From Bacteroidia bacterium (GTDB taxonomy: Bacteria > Bacteroidota > Bacteroidia > M30B66), in contig OZ257142.1 of NCBI GenBank assembly GCA_965279035.1, positions 4,096,001-4,160,000 of the forward strand: a stretch of DNA of 64,000 nt, given 5' to 3'. Made by a program: the position numbers and the translations under genes. Under the pieces are notes generated by a model, which was not told the DNA's origin, searched no databases, and saw nothing but the letters and a program-made list of their open reading frames with translations. Below are positions 30,004-40,171 of this stretch, piece by piece (within the stretch, counting starts at the first letter, position 1; every line of letters begins with the position of its first letter).

Positions 30004-31611
30004 TCAACGCTTTTTGCGCCCTTTTATACGAACAATAAAAGGCCAACAAATAAACCAAAGAGAAAGAAAACAAGCTGCTTTACCAAACAAATCTCCAGTA
30101 TAAGAAAACAGTGTTCGTTCGTTATTCAAGTGAATGTCTCCTTTTATAGCTGCCTCTTTCCAATACGCTTGAGCTTGAATTATATCTCCACGTTGATTAA
30201 TGAAACAACTTACGCCCGTATTGGCCGAACGAACTATGCTCCTGCGGGTTTCTATAGCACGCAATCGCGCATAAGCTAAATGCTGCTTGTATCCTGGAGT
30301 ATCGCCCCACCAACCATCATTGGTAATAATGGCAATGAAATTTGCTCCATTTGCTACGTAGGTCGACATAAAATCACCATACACAGATTCATAACACACC
30401 GAAGGAGCTACTTTTTGATTTGCATTGATTCCTGAAAAAACGCTGCGTTCATCTTGACTGCCAAGTGTTCCTGTTGTTCCACCTAAATCGATCGCATAGG
30501 AATCAAGGTATTTTAATAACCAAGGAAATGGCATCTGCTCAACACCCGGAACCAATTTCGATTTGTGATAAGTTCTCACTCCACGTGCATTAATGAGCAA
30601 AGCCGTATTGTATGAGTCGTAATAAACCTCTCCTCCACGTGCTTTACGTGCGGTAACCGTTCGTTCATCTGGTGTAAACAATGCATGAGTTTCTGCACCT
30701 ATCAAGATATTCAAACGGGGAAATGGTTCTGTCAAGCTTTCGAAAAGACGAATTCGCGGTTGTTGCCTCAAACTACTTTCCTCCATCGAACCAACCAAAG
30801 CGGTTTCTGGACAAATTAACCAATCAGTTGAGGAATCAGTTACTTGAGCGGCAAGTCGAAGAATTTTGGCTGTTTGATTCTCAATTGAACGAACATCGAA
30901 CTTCTCGTTATATGGATCAACATTGGGTTGAACGATGGCAATATGTGCAATTTCACCACGATCTTCGGAACGATAAAAATACATTCCCAAGGATATCAAT
31001 GAGGGAATTAATAGTCCAAGAAGAACCGTTCGAATGCCGGGTTTTAAATTCGGTTCTTTTTCTTGAATTCGTTTACGAAGTAGTACAAAAATGCCACAGT
31101 TAATGAGTAAAATCCAAAGCGAACCTCCTGAAGTACCTGTGAATTCGTACCATTGAATGATTTGGGTTGATTCGGCAAATACATTTCCGAAAGTGAGCCA
31201 GGGCCAAGAAAGATCCCAGAGATGATGAATAAACTCAAAGGCTAGCCAAAAAACGGGTAGATAATAAATAGAATTTCCAGAAGGGATTTTCTTCCGAGCA
31301 ACATGAAAGAATGTAAAAGTCCCAGCCATCAATGCCGAATTGGCAAAGAAAGCGAGCAATGCACCTTCGAACGAAGCATTTTTCACCCACCAAGTATCAC
31401 CTAAATTCCAAATCAGGAAACTCAAATAGGCATACCCGAAAAGCTTCAAATTATTATACGAACCACGAGTTTGAAGAAGTGTTTCTTCGATGCTTAATAA
31501 TGGAACTAAAGCAATAAATATAATAGGAGAAATTCCAATTACTGGCCAAGAGATGCTTAATAAAATTCCCGACAGCAAAGCAAGCAACAGAAGTCGCATA
31601 GTAGTTTTCAT
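30004..31611 (-). CDS. lnt: Apolipoprotein N-acyltransferase
   Basis: QPN, PETA, KSKLVP, VCYES, TNDGWW, RSANTGVS; TM N-terminus. Confidence 0.92.
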   Translation of the reverse strand: MKTTMRLLLLALLSGILLSISWPVIGISPIIFIALVPLLSIEETLLQTRGSYNNLKLFGYAYLSFLIWNLGDTWWVKNASFEGALLAFFANSALMAGTFTFFHVARKKIPSGNSIYYLPVFWLAFEFIHHLWDLSWPWLTFGNVFAESTQIIQWYEFTGTSGGSLWILLINCGIFVLLRKRIQEKEPNLKPGIRTVLLGLLIPSLISLGMYFYRSEDRGEIAHIAIVQPNVDPYNEKFDVRSIENQTAKILRLAAQVTDSSTDWLICPETALVGSMEESSLRQQPRIRLFESLTEPFPRLNILIGAETHALFTPDERTVTARKARGGEVYYDSYNTALLINARGVRTYHKSKLVPGVEQMPFPWLLKYLDSYAIDLGGTTGTLGSQDERSVFSGINANQKVAPSVCYESVYGDFMSTYVANGANFIAIITNDGWWGDTPGYKQHLAYARLRAIETRRSIVRSANTGVSCFINQRGDIIQAQAYWKEAAIKGDIHLNNERTLFSYTGDLFGKAACFLSLWFICWPFIVRIKGRKKR

Positions 31612-31649
31612 CGCTGCCAAAGATAAAGTTTGATTAAACCGAATGAAAT

Positions 31650-31689
31650 AAAAAAACCGAAGCTGGATCCATGCAGAATCCAGCTTCGG
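31650..31689 (-). terminator. Intrinsic terminator
   Basis: CCGAAGCTGGAT...ATCCAGCTTCGG stem with a T run on the minus strand. Confidence 0.8.
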
Positions 31690-31715
31690 AGAACAACCAA
31701 AATATGCAATCGGAA

Positions 31716-34529
31716 TTAATGTGCGATACTCAATTTACGAACGCCCAATAGTTGACCGTTTTGACCGTAAACATTCAACATATATAGTCCTTTTGCGAAA
31801 CCTGAAACAGGTACTTGAATCAGGCGTAATCCTGCAGTAGAAGACTCTGCACCAGACCAAACCATCTGACCAGTGATGGAGGTTAGTGAATAAGAGAGTT
31901 TTCCAGCAGCAGGCAACTCAACTAGAAGATTAGCAATTGTATTAGAAGGATTCGGATAAACATCACCTCGAAGTACCGAAGAAACTGGGCTTACAATTCC
32001 GGTAATGTCTTCTCCCATAACGAGTGCGATGTTCACACCAGGAGTTTCTTCTGAAATTGTGAATTCAACAGGAACGCAAGTCATTCCAGGCTGATCAGCC
32101 ATCAAACGATATGTTCCAAAAGCTAAGTTTGTGATTTCAAAGTTTCCAGAATTATCTGATGCAATCCAACGTTGAGGAATGTCTGACAGATTGGTTATTA
32201 CCACTTGAGCTCCTGTTACTGGCGATTGTGCTGATGAATACTCAGGGTTGAATATGCGGAATGGACCATCATCAATACTTCCTCCTACTGTTCCATTTCC
32301 GCCTGGATTTTCACCGTAGATTAATGAAATAGTGTAAGAATACCCGTTAACATTATTGACAATTTGCTCAGCATTAAACCAGTAATACTGTTCACCAAAA
32401 TACGTAGGTGTGTATTGACTATAATATTGAGAAGCATCTGTCAATCCAGCTTTTACTAAGTATGTTCCAATTGGTAAAGCAGGGAAAACATAGAAACCTG
32501 AATCAGCATCAACCGTTGCAATTAACTCTGCTGCAAAAGAAATTGGATCAATGCTGTATAGTTTTGCTTTTGCGTGATCAGCCAAATTAGCTCCTGCGTA
32601 TATATAACCTCCTATGTCATATAAGTAGTTAGTAGTGTCTAAACTAATAGTGCCAGTATAAGAATCAGAACAACCATTACTGCTAGTCATTGTGAGTGTA
32701 ACAGTATACACACCATATTCTGCATAAACGTGTTCAGCATTCAATGTTGTAGCAGTATTCCCATCACCAAAATCCCAAGTGAATTGTGCGTTAAACGTAC
32801 TACTCATATTAGTGAAATTGATTTGCATTGCTGAGGTATTCGAAATCTCAGCACCAAAATAGGCTTCACAGGTTGGCAAAGAATCCGTCGGCACAACAAG
32901 TTCCATACAGGTTGTATCACTGCATGTTCCATTCGTAGCACTTACAATATGGCAAATAGAATATGTGCCTGGAGTAAAGCTAAATACTGGATGGTAATTG
33001 TCTGAAACAAGTCCATTGCTTACTATCCAATAATGATTTAAACCATCAACAGGACCACTGTATGCTGAATTGAATTGATATGGATAATTCTGTGGATTAG
33101 GAACATCACCTACATAAACCGACTGGAATGAAGAATTACATTGTGTTGTATCTTGATTACCAGCATATACATATGCGCAAAACGTGTTTTCACATTGATC
33201 AGAATGAACGGTTAAACACACTTGATAAATTCCAGGAACGGCATACGTATGATAAAGACTTGATTCAGATCCAATGCTATTATCACCAAAATCCCAAAAG
33301 TATGTAGGATTATTTCCCTCTATAACAGATAAACCTGCGTCAAACAATACCATTTGCAAATTCCCAGCTTGACAGGTATAATTATATGAAGCTGAACAGC
33401 CTGCATTTGTTGTGTCATTAGTAATTACAATGGCTTGACAATAAGTATCCTCGCAACCTATCGGATCCATTGTTCCCGAGACTACATGCAAACACACTTC
33501 ATATACTCCAGCCCCAGGGAATGTAAAATTTGGGAATGTTTGATCTGAAAAAACATTTCCATTTATTGACCATATGCTCGATAATGCCGCTCCAGAACTT
33601 TGATTCTGGAAATAAACCTGAGTGGGATTACTGATTTCGGTTGAGTATGAAAATGCGGCATGGCATGTACTGGTATCTGCTACCACATTAATAGTCTGAC
33701 ATATCGTGTTTTGACAATCAGCTGTTGTTACCTGTAAGCACACAGAATAATTACCTGTTTGAGTATAAATATGCGTTGGATTGGCTTCAGAACTATTTAC
33801 ACCATCACCAAAATACCAATAATAAGATTGTACAGGAGCCGAAGTTGTGGTTGTATTGACAAAAGAATAACTTGAAGAATTCGTTGAATTTGGAACAATG
33901 GTGAAAAATGGTAGACAGGTTCCATTCGCGCCAGGAGTTACAAAACTGCAGTAGGAATCTGTACAACCACTTGCAGAAGTAATTGTTAAACAAACTTCCA
34001 TTCCATCGTTCGTTGGAAAGGTAAAATCAAAATTCTCTAAGGTCGATACAACTGTCCCATTGATAACCCACATATACGTTAAAGGTAAAGTCCCAGAAGT
34101 ACTCTGACTTTGAAAAATCACATGATTCGTTACAGTTGGATCTATATAAGCTACATATTGAGCATTACATTCTCCAGTAGGAATAGTACAAATCTCAAAG
34201 TTCACCAATGCTGAATCAATTGTTCCTTGGTTATTTGATACGGTATCGGTTAAATAAGTAGTATCGCAATTAGCTGTTTCTACTATAAACAACTGATTTG
34301 GTCCGCTTAAACTTCCACTTGGAACGTTAAACGAATAATAGCCATCATTATTCGTAACTACAGTATATGTTTGCCCCATACCAGTAATGGTAATAGGCCA
34401 GTTTGCAATTGGAAATGTTGCATTAGGGTTAGTAACAAAACCATAAATGAATAAATCATCCGACGGAACTTGTGCCTTCGAAACGAATGCGAACAAAACC
34501 AAACTGAGAGTAAACAATAGCTTTTTCAT
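31716..34529 (-). CDS. Multi-PKD-domain T9SS-secreted protein
   Basis: WDFGDG/H.Y...G.Y.VCL repeats; YPNP sorting domain; signal peptide. Confidence 0.85.
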   Translation of the reverse strand: MKKLLFTLSLVLFAFVSKAQVPSDDLFIYGFVTNPNATFPIANWPITITGMGQTYTVVTNNDGYYSFNVPSGSLSGPNQLFIVETANCDTTYLTDTVSNNQGTIDSALVNFEICTIPTGECNAQYVAYIDPTVTNHVIFQSQSTSGTLPLTYMWVINGTVVSTLENFDFTFPTNDGMEVCLTITSASGCTDSYCSFVTPGANGTCLPFFTIVPNSTNSSSYSFVNTTTTSAPVQSYYWYFGDGVNSSEANPTHIYTQTGNYSVCLQVTTADCQNTICQTINVVADTSTCHAAFSYSTEISNPTQVYFQNQSSGAALSSIWSINGNVFSDQTFPNFTFPGAGVYEVCLHVVSGTMDPIGCEDTYCQAIVITNDTTNAGCSASYNYTCQAGNLQMVLFDAGLSVIEGNNPTYFWDFGDNSIGSESSLYHTYAVPGIYQVCLTVHSDQCENTFCAYVYAGNQDTTQCNSSFQSVYVGDVPNPQNYPYQFNSAYSGPVDGLNHYWIVSNGLVSDNYHPVFSFTPGTYSICHIVSATNGTCSDTTCMELVVPTDSLPTCEAYFGAEISNTSAMQINFTNMSSTFNAQFTWDFGDGNTATTLNAEHVYAEYGVYTVTLTMTSSNGCSDSYTGTISLDTTNYLYDIGGYIYAGANLADHAKAKLYSIDPISFAAELIATVDADSGFYVFPALPIGTYLVKAGLTDASQYYSQYTPTYFGEQYYWFNAEQIVNNVNGYSYTISLIYGENPGGNGTVGGSIDDGPFRIFNPEYSSAQSPVTGAQVVITNLSDIPQRWIASDNSGNFEITNLAFGTYRLMADQPGMTCVPVEFTISEETPGVNIALVMGEDITGIVSPVSSVLRGDVYPNPSNTIANLLVELPAAGKLSYSLTSITGQMVWSGAESSTAGLRLIQVPVSGFAKGLYMLNVYGQNGQLLGVRKLSIAH

Positions 34530-34747
34530 GTGATTCAGATTATTGATGATACAAATGTGCTTTAAGTTCTATCGGTACGCAATGTTTGAATTCAAAATTC
34601 TTACGCAATCAAATTACTAATAATCCTCCAAACTACTACATAATATACATTTATACGTAATTTATTTCTACCGATAATTTCAAAATATCATCCATATTTT
34701 TTGTTTGAAATCTACATAATAGCTGAATCAATTTACATTTGACGCAC

Positions 34748-35521
34748 ATGTTGGCTCGCATTGCTTATTATATTTCCTATTTCATTCTCGCAAAAGGTCT
34801 AAACAGGGTTCATTCGCCCTTCGTTTTTTCTTTATACACCGAAATAATTCTCGCTCACAAACAGTTTTATGCATTTGCTCCCATCGAGAAAATTAGAGCA
34901 CGTTTGTTAAAATCCAATCAAGTCATTTCCGACCTCGATCCAGGAGCTGGTTCTAAGAAAGCTACTTCTAAAAAATATATTAAATCGATTGCGAAAAATA
35001 GCTTGCTACCGCCTTGGCAAGGTCAATTGTTATTTGCTTTAACCGATTATTTCAAACCTTCCATTATCCTTGAATTAGGCACTTCGCTCGGTATCTCAGC
35101 GCTCTATCTTGCAAAAGCGAATAATGCTCAAGTACATACAATTGAAGGTCAAACATCAATAGCAAACATCGCCCGACAAACTATCGCCGAAGGAAAAGCT
35201 AGAAATGTTGTTGTTCATGATGGCCTTTTCGAAGAAGTTCTACCTTCTTTGCTTCCCAAACTTCAAAAAATTGATCTCCTTTATCTTGATGGGAATCATA
35301 CCTACGAAGCGACTCTCCGATATTTCAATCAACTCCTGCCCTATCTTCACAACGAATCAGTAATAATTGTTGACGATATTCGTTGGAGTAAAGAAATGAT
35401 GACTGCATGGAAAACGCTCATCACTCGAGATGATATTCATGTGAGTATCGATCTTCAAAAGTTTGGTATATTGTTCTTTCGCAATACACAAGTAAAAGAA
35501 CATTTTATTCTTCGTGTTTGA
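34748..35521 (+). CDS. Class I SAM-dependent methyltransferase
   Basis: LELGTSLG, LDGNHTY, DDIRWS. Confidence 0.85.
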   Translation: MLARIAYYISYFILAKGLNRVHSPFVFSLYTEIILAHKQFYAFAPIEKIRARLLKSNQVISDLDPGAGSKKATSKKYIKSIAKNSLLPPWQGQLLFALTDYFKPSIILELGTSLGISALYLAKANNAQVHTIEGQTSIANIARQTIAEGKARNVVVHDGLFEEVLPSLLPKLQKIDLLYLDGNHTYEATLRYFNQLLPYLHNESVIIVDDIRWSKEMMTAWKTLITRDDIHVSIDLQKFGILFFRNTQVKEHFILRV

Positions 35522-35571
35522 ATCCCTTCACCATTTGTCCGTCTTGAGGAAAAACGTAGGTTTGATGCCCC

Positions 35572-36291
35572 ATGAATACTACTGAAAATGTTATTAGCCT
35601 CCGGAAAATTATCCGGAATTTCAAACTAGGATCTGAAATTATCCAAGTCCTTCGCTCTATCGACCTCAACATCAATCGGGGCGAATATGTTGCCCTCATG
35701 GGCCCTTCTGGATCAGGAAAATCAACGCTCATGAACATCATTGGCTGTCTCGATACACCTACCTCGGGAGAATATGAACTCAACGGCCAAGTCGTTTCCA
35801 AACTTAGCGATAACGAACTAGCCGACATTCGAAACAAAGAAATTGGCTTTATCTTTCAAACGTTTAACCTGCTGCCCCGCTCAACAGCACTCGACAATGT
35901 GATTCTTCCGCTCATTTATGCAGGAGAAAATAAGGTCGATCGTGAAAGTAAAGCACGCAAAGCCCTCGATCAAGTTGGTCTCAGCGATCGTATCATGCAC
36001 AAACCGAACGAGCTTTCAGGAGGTCAGCGTCAACGTGTAGCCATTGCAAGAGCACTCGTTAATTCACCGTCCATTCTTCTTGCCGATGAACCAACAGGGA
36101 ATCTTGATACCAAAACTTCCATCGAAATTATGGGCTTGCTTCACGATATCCACAATCAAGGCAACACCATCATTATTGTAACACACGAAGAAGACATCGC
36201 GCTTCATGCTCACCGTATCATCCGCCTTCGCGATGGTATTATTGAAAATGATTACATAAACGAAAACATCCGGGTTTATCAAAAAGCATGA
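35572..36291 (+). CDS. ABC transporter ATP-binding protein (LolD/MacB-type)
   Basis: [27 protein letters not shown]. Confidence 0.92.
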   Translation: MNTTENVISLRKIIRNFKLGSEIIQVLRSIDLNINRGEYVALMGPSGSGKSTLMNIIGCLDTPTSGEYELNGQVVSKLSDNELADIRNKEIGFIFQTFNLLPRSTALDNVILPLIYAGENKVDRESKARKALDQVGLSDRIMHKPNELSGGQRQRVAIARALVNSPSILLADEPTGNLDTKTSIEIMGLLHDIHNQGNTIIIVTHEEDIALHAHRIIRLRDGIIENDYINENIRVYQKA

Positions 36292-36322
36292 ACATTCAAC
36301 CTTAATAATACGTTCGGGGAAC

Positions 36323-36871
36323 ATGAAAATTTATACACGAACCGGCGATTCCGGACAAACATCTCTCCTCGGTGGAACTCGCGTCCCAAAACATCACCTC
36401 CGAATTGAAGCATACGGCACTCTCGACGAACTAAATTCTCATATCGGGCTACTTCGCGATCAAGGTCTAAGCGATATCAGCACCAGCCAACTTTTCGAAA
36501 TCCAAGACCGAATTTTCACACTTGGCTCCCATCTAGCTTCTGATCCCGAAAAAAGCAAAGCTAAAATTCCCGATATCAGTCCCGACGACATTCTGTTTCT
36601 CGAAAATGCCATCGATCACATGAACGAAGAACTTCCCGAAATGCGCAGTTTTGTTCTTCCCGGTGGACATCCCGCTGTTTCTATTTGTCACATTGCTCGC
36701 TGTGTTTGTCGTCGCGCCGAACGCTTAATTGTTCATCTTGCAGAACACAGTCATGTCGAAGATAGTGTCATTCAATACATCAACCGTTTATCCGATTACC
36801 TCTTCGTATTGTCTCGTAAAATCAGTTCTGATTTCAACGCAATCGAAACTCCCTGGAAACCAAGGATGTAA
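36323..36871 (+). CDS. PduO-type cob(I)alamin adenosyltransferase
   Basis: KIYTRTGD, YGTLDELNS, RRAER, NRLSDYLF. Confidence 0.92.
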   Translation: MKIYTRTGDSGQTSLLGGTRVPKHHLRIEAYGTLDELNSHIGLLRDQGLSDISTSQLFEIQDRIFTLGSHLASDPEKSKAKIPDISPDDILFLENAIDHMNEELPEMRSFVLPGGHPAVSICHIARCVCRRAERLIVHLAEHSHVEDSVIQYINRLSDYLFVLSRKISSDFNAIETPWKPRM

Positions 36872-36985
36872 AATATCACCACTTTCGATAAAGCTATCTT
36901 CTTATTTCTATTTTTGCGGAAAGTTGACGCACTAAGCCGAAAACTTCTGTTCACTTATTAATTAATTCACACAAATACCAAGGAA

Positions 36986-37207
36986 ATGTACTGGACACTA
37001 GAACTTGCCTCTTACCTTGAAGACGCACCTTGGCCTGCTACTAAGGACGAACTAATCGATTTCGGCATTCGTTCGGGAGCTCCTCTAGAGGTTATCGAGA
37101 ACCTGCAAGAGATTGAGGACGAAGGCGAAGTGTATGAAAGTATTGAAGAAATCTGGCCGGATTACCCGACAAAAGACGACTTCTTCTTCAACGAAGACGA
37201 ATACTGA
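36986..37207 (+). CDS. DUF2795 family protein
   Basis: MYWTLELASYLEDAPWPATKDELID signature. Confidence 0.85.
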   Translation: MYWTLELASYLEDAPWPATKDELIDFGIRSGAPLEVIENLQEIEDEGEVYESIEEIWPDYPTKDDFFFNEDEY

Positions 37208-37229
37208 TTTTCTTATTCTTCAAGATATC

Positions 37230-37262
37230 AAGCGCTGTTCTGCAAAGAGTAGCGCTTTTTTT
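37230..37262 (+). terminator. Intrinsic terminator
   Basis: AAGCGCT...AGCGCTT plus T run. Confidence 0.75.
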
Positions 37263-37263
37263 A

Positions 37264-37358
37264 TGGCACCCGGGCGGGCTGTTCGCTATAGTCCTTGCTG
37301 TATGCCATAGCTTTAGCGAAGGCATACGCGGCGGGCTGCCGCTACCATCCCTGGTGCT
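37264..37358 (-). ncRNA. Structured intergenic repeat copy 3 (Flavo-1-like)
   Basis: Minus strand GCACCAGGGATGGTAGCG...GCGAACAGCCCG...GGTGCC. Confidence 0.5.
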
Positions 37359-37370
37359 CACCTTTAATCT

Positions 37371-38135
37371 TCAATCTTTCAATCCTATCCAGGCTTCGGT
37401 GCCCGGTAAAGCTGCCGTTATTTCAATCGGGTCCTTTTTAACCGGATGCTCAAATCGTAACATCCGCGCATGCAAACAAATACTCCGATCCGGGTTTCCT
37501 CGTCGTGCTCCATATTTTACATCACCCTTTATAGGCCATCCCATCGCCGATAATTGCACCCGAATTTGATGATGTCTTCCAGTTAATGGCTCTACCTCCA
37601 ATAAGGTGTATCTATCCAACACACGAATTACTTTAAAACTCAATTCGCAGCGTAAATACCCATCTCGAGGCTCTTTCAATGCTCTCGAAGTATTCTTCTC
37701 TTCATTTTTACTTAAATAATGAACGAGTGTTCCTTCTTCCTGCTCCACTTTCCCTTCAACTAATGCCCAATATGTTTTCTTAATCGTTCGCAATCGAAAC
37801 TGCTCATTCATTCGCGATAATGCCTTGCTTGTTCGAGCCATCAATACCACTCCGCTCACTGGACGATCAATGCGATGAATCACACCTATAAATGCATCTC
37901 CTGGTTTTTGATACTTCACCCGTAAATATTCGGCAACCTTTTCACTCAATGGAATATCTCCCGTTTTATCGCCTTGCACAATCTCTCCTGCTTGTTTATT
38001 TACAGCTATCAGATGATTATCCTCAAACAATATAGTTCCCCCGGACTTAAGTCCGGGGCTGCCGAAATTACCGGAAATGCTGGAGTTGTCGGAGCTTCCG
38101 GGGATTCCGGAGCTATTAATAAGATTCGGATCCAT
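37371..38135 (-). CDS. RluA family pseudouridine synthase
   Basis: [36 protein letters not shown]. Confidence 0.9.
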   Translation of the reverse strand: MDPNLINSSGIPGSSDNSSISGNFGSPGLKSGGTILFEDNHLIAVNKQAGEIVQGDKTGDIPLSEKVAEYLRVKYQKPGDAFIGVIHRIDRPVSGVVLMARTSKALSRMNEQFRLRTIKKTYWALVEGKVEQEEGTLVHYLSKNEEKNTSRALKEPRDGYLRCELSFKVIRVLDRYTLLEVEPLTGRHHQIRVQLSAMGWPIKGDVKYGARRGNPDRSICLHARMLRFEHPVKKDPIEITAALPGTEAWIGLKD

Positions 38136-38931
38136 TGGGAAAATCGCTCGATTTCACATCTTTCACATAATTCCCAATGGCAGCAACAATTTGTTCATGC
38201 AAATTGAGATAGGTGCGTAAAAAACGTGGTTTAAACTCGGTGTTGATTCCCAACATATCGTGTAATACCAAAACCTGTCCGTCTACTCCTCCACCAGCAC
38301 CAATACCAATAATAGGAATTGCAACTTCTTTTGCAACACGTGTAGCTAAATTGGCTGGAACTTTTTCAATCACAATAGCAAAACATCCTGCTTCCTGCAA
38401 CAAATGCGCATCATGAATCAGTTTTTGTGCTTCTTCTTCTTCCTTGGCACGAACCACATAGGTTCCAAATTTATAGATCGATTGAGGAGTCAATCCCAAA
38501 TGTCCCATCACAGGAACACCTGCACTCAAAATCCGCTTTACTGATTCCACAACTTCTTCGCCGCCTTCTAATTTGATAGCATGCGCTCCTGTTTCCTTCA
38601 TCACACGAATGGCCGAAGTCAATGCTTCTTTCGAATTTCCCTGATACGATCCAAAAGGCAAATCCACAACCACCAAAGCACGCGAAGTCCCACGAATTAC
38701 TGATGAAGCGTGATAAATCATCTGATCAAGCGTAATGGGTAACGTTGTTTCATGACCAGCCATCACATTCGAAGCCGAATCTCCAACCAAAATGACATCT
38801 ATTCCAGCCTCATCCACCATTCCAGCCATTGAAAAATCATATGCAGTCAACATGGAGATTTTCTCTCCCTTATTCTTCATTTCCTGCAGTGTCTTGGTAG
38901 TAACGCGTTTAATCTCTTTTTGAACCGACAT
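38116..38931 (-). CDS. panB: 3-methyl-2-oxobutanoate hydroxymethyltransferase
   Basis: [29 protein letters not shown]. Confidence 0.97.
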   Translation of the reverse strand: MSVQKEIKRVTTKTLQEMKNKGEKISMLTAYDFSMAGMVDEAGIDVILVGDSASNVMAGHETTLPITLDQMIYHASSVIRGTSRALVVVDLPFGSYQGNSKEALTSAIRVMKETGAHAIKLEGGEEVVESVKRILSAGVPVMGHLGLTPQSIYKFGTYVVRAKEEEEAQKLIHDAHLLQEAGCFAIVIEKVPANLATRVAKEVAIPIIGIGAGGGVDGQVLVLHDMLGINTEFKPRFLRTYLNLHEQIVAAIGNYVKDVKSSDFPNGSESY

Positions 38932-38987
38932 AGTTTTTTATCCGATAAAGGGCAATATTAGTCATTTACTCCCTGTGATGAAATTCC

Positions 38988-38995
38988 TACTTTTG
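38988..38995 (+). promoter_or_regulatory. Bacteroidota sigma-A -7 element TAnnTTTG
   Basis: TACTTTTG 5 nt before ATG 39001. The same motif occurs upstream of the genes at 14348, 22377, 34748, 36986, 44789, 49213 and 53489, and on the minus strand before metG, lpdA, lnt and era. Confidence 0.7.
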
Positions 38996-39000
38996 CCCGT

Positions 39001-40017
39001 ATGAATAAAATCATTGTTTTTGCGCTGAGTCTTATTACACTCATTATAAGTTCTTGTTCAAACGACCTTAAGATAAATGCTCCTTGGAAAGATGTAACTG
39101 TTGTTTTCGGTTTGCTGAATAAAGACGAAACCACTCATTACATTCGCATAAGTAAAGCTTTCTTGGGCGAAGGAGATGCATTGGAATTTGCCTCTCAATT
39201 CGATTCTTTATATTATAAACCTGAATTATTAGAAGTCAAAGTTGAAGAAATGCTCAATGGAATTGTGAGCAGAACATTTATTTGCGAACCGGAATTCGAC
39301 ATTGCAAAAGATCCTGGCATTTTCTCAGCTCCTTCGCAAATTCTCTATAAATTTTCTACCAGTTCAACTCAAAAAATAAATCCGAATGCTTCATTTCGTT
39401 TAACTGTAAAGAACAATTCATCTGGCAACACGGTAACTTCCGAATCTGTTTTAGTTAAAAACTTGATTCTATCTTCTCCCAATGCGAATATTCCTGAAAT
39501 AAATATTTATCCTCAAAACACGACTACTATTAAGTGGAAAACAGCCGAAAACGGAAAAATGTATGAATTGTTTCTTCGTTTTAAGTACCGTGAATTCAGC
39601 GAATTAAATCCAACAGATATCGTTTCTAAAATAGTTGAGATTAATTTAGGACGAATCACTACCGATCTAACTGAAGGAGGAAAAGAAATGTCGATGAATA
39701 TTGCCAATTCTACCATTTACCAAACATTAGCCTCTTCAATACCTGCAGCAAGCATCGAAAGCCCAATGGTTAGAATTGCAGATAGTCTTCAATTTCAAAT
39801 AAATGTTGCTGCAGAAGATTTAACAACCTACCTCAATGTAAATCAACCTTCAAATACAATTGCTCAAGAAAGACCACAGTTTAGCAACATTACAAATGGA
39901 CTTGGTATCTTTTCTTCGCGGGTTGCACTAATCCGCACACTTTATTTGAACGATTTTACGGTCGATTCACTTCGTGGAAATCCCCAAACAGAAGGCATCA
40001 ACTGGCAGCCTCGCTAA
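39001..40017 (+). CDS. Lipoprotein, DUF4249-like
   Basis: ISSC lipobox; C-terminal FSNITNGLGIFSS. Confidence 0.7.
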   Translation: MNKIIVFALSLITLIISSCSNDLKINAPWKDVTVVFGLLNKDETTHYIRISKAFLGEGDALEFASQFDSLYYKPELLEVKVEEMLNGIVSRTFICEPEFDIAKDPGIFSAPSQILYKFSTSSTQKINPNASFRLTVKNNSSGNTVTSESVLVKNLILSSPNANIPEINIYPQNTTTIKWKTAENGKMYELFLRFKYREFSELNPTDIVSKIVEINLGRITTDLTEGGKEMSMNIANSTIYQTLASSIPAASIESPMVRIADSLQFQINVAAEDLTTYLNVNQPSNTIAQERPQFSNITNGLGIFSSRVALIRTLYLNDFTVDSLRGNPQTEGINWQPR

Positions 40018-40063
40018 TTCTGACTAAATGTCACCTGGTTTGCTGCCAGAATCGGAAGGACTC

Positions 40064-40107
40064 ACACCCTGTACTGTCAAAACTGACAAGCACAGGGTGT
40101 CTTTTTT
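40064..40107 (+). terminator. Terminator-like hairpin overlapping the dnaK upstream region
   Basis: ACACCCTGT...ACAGGGTGT followed by CTTTTTT. Confidence 0.55.
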
Positions 40108-40171
40108 GGGTGGCATAGACATTGAAAACCGGCGAGCACACTGAAAATTAACCGAACAAAAAAATAAAACA

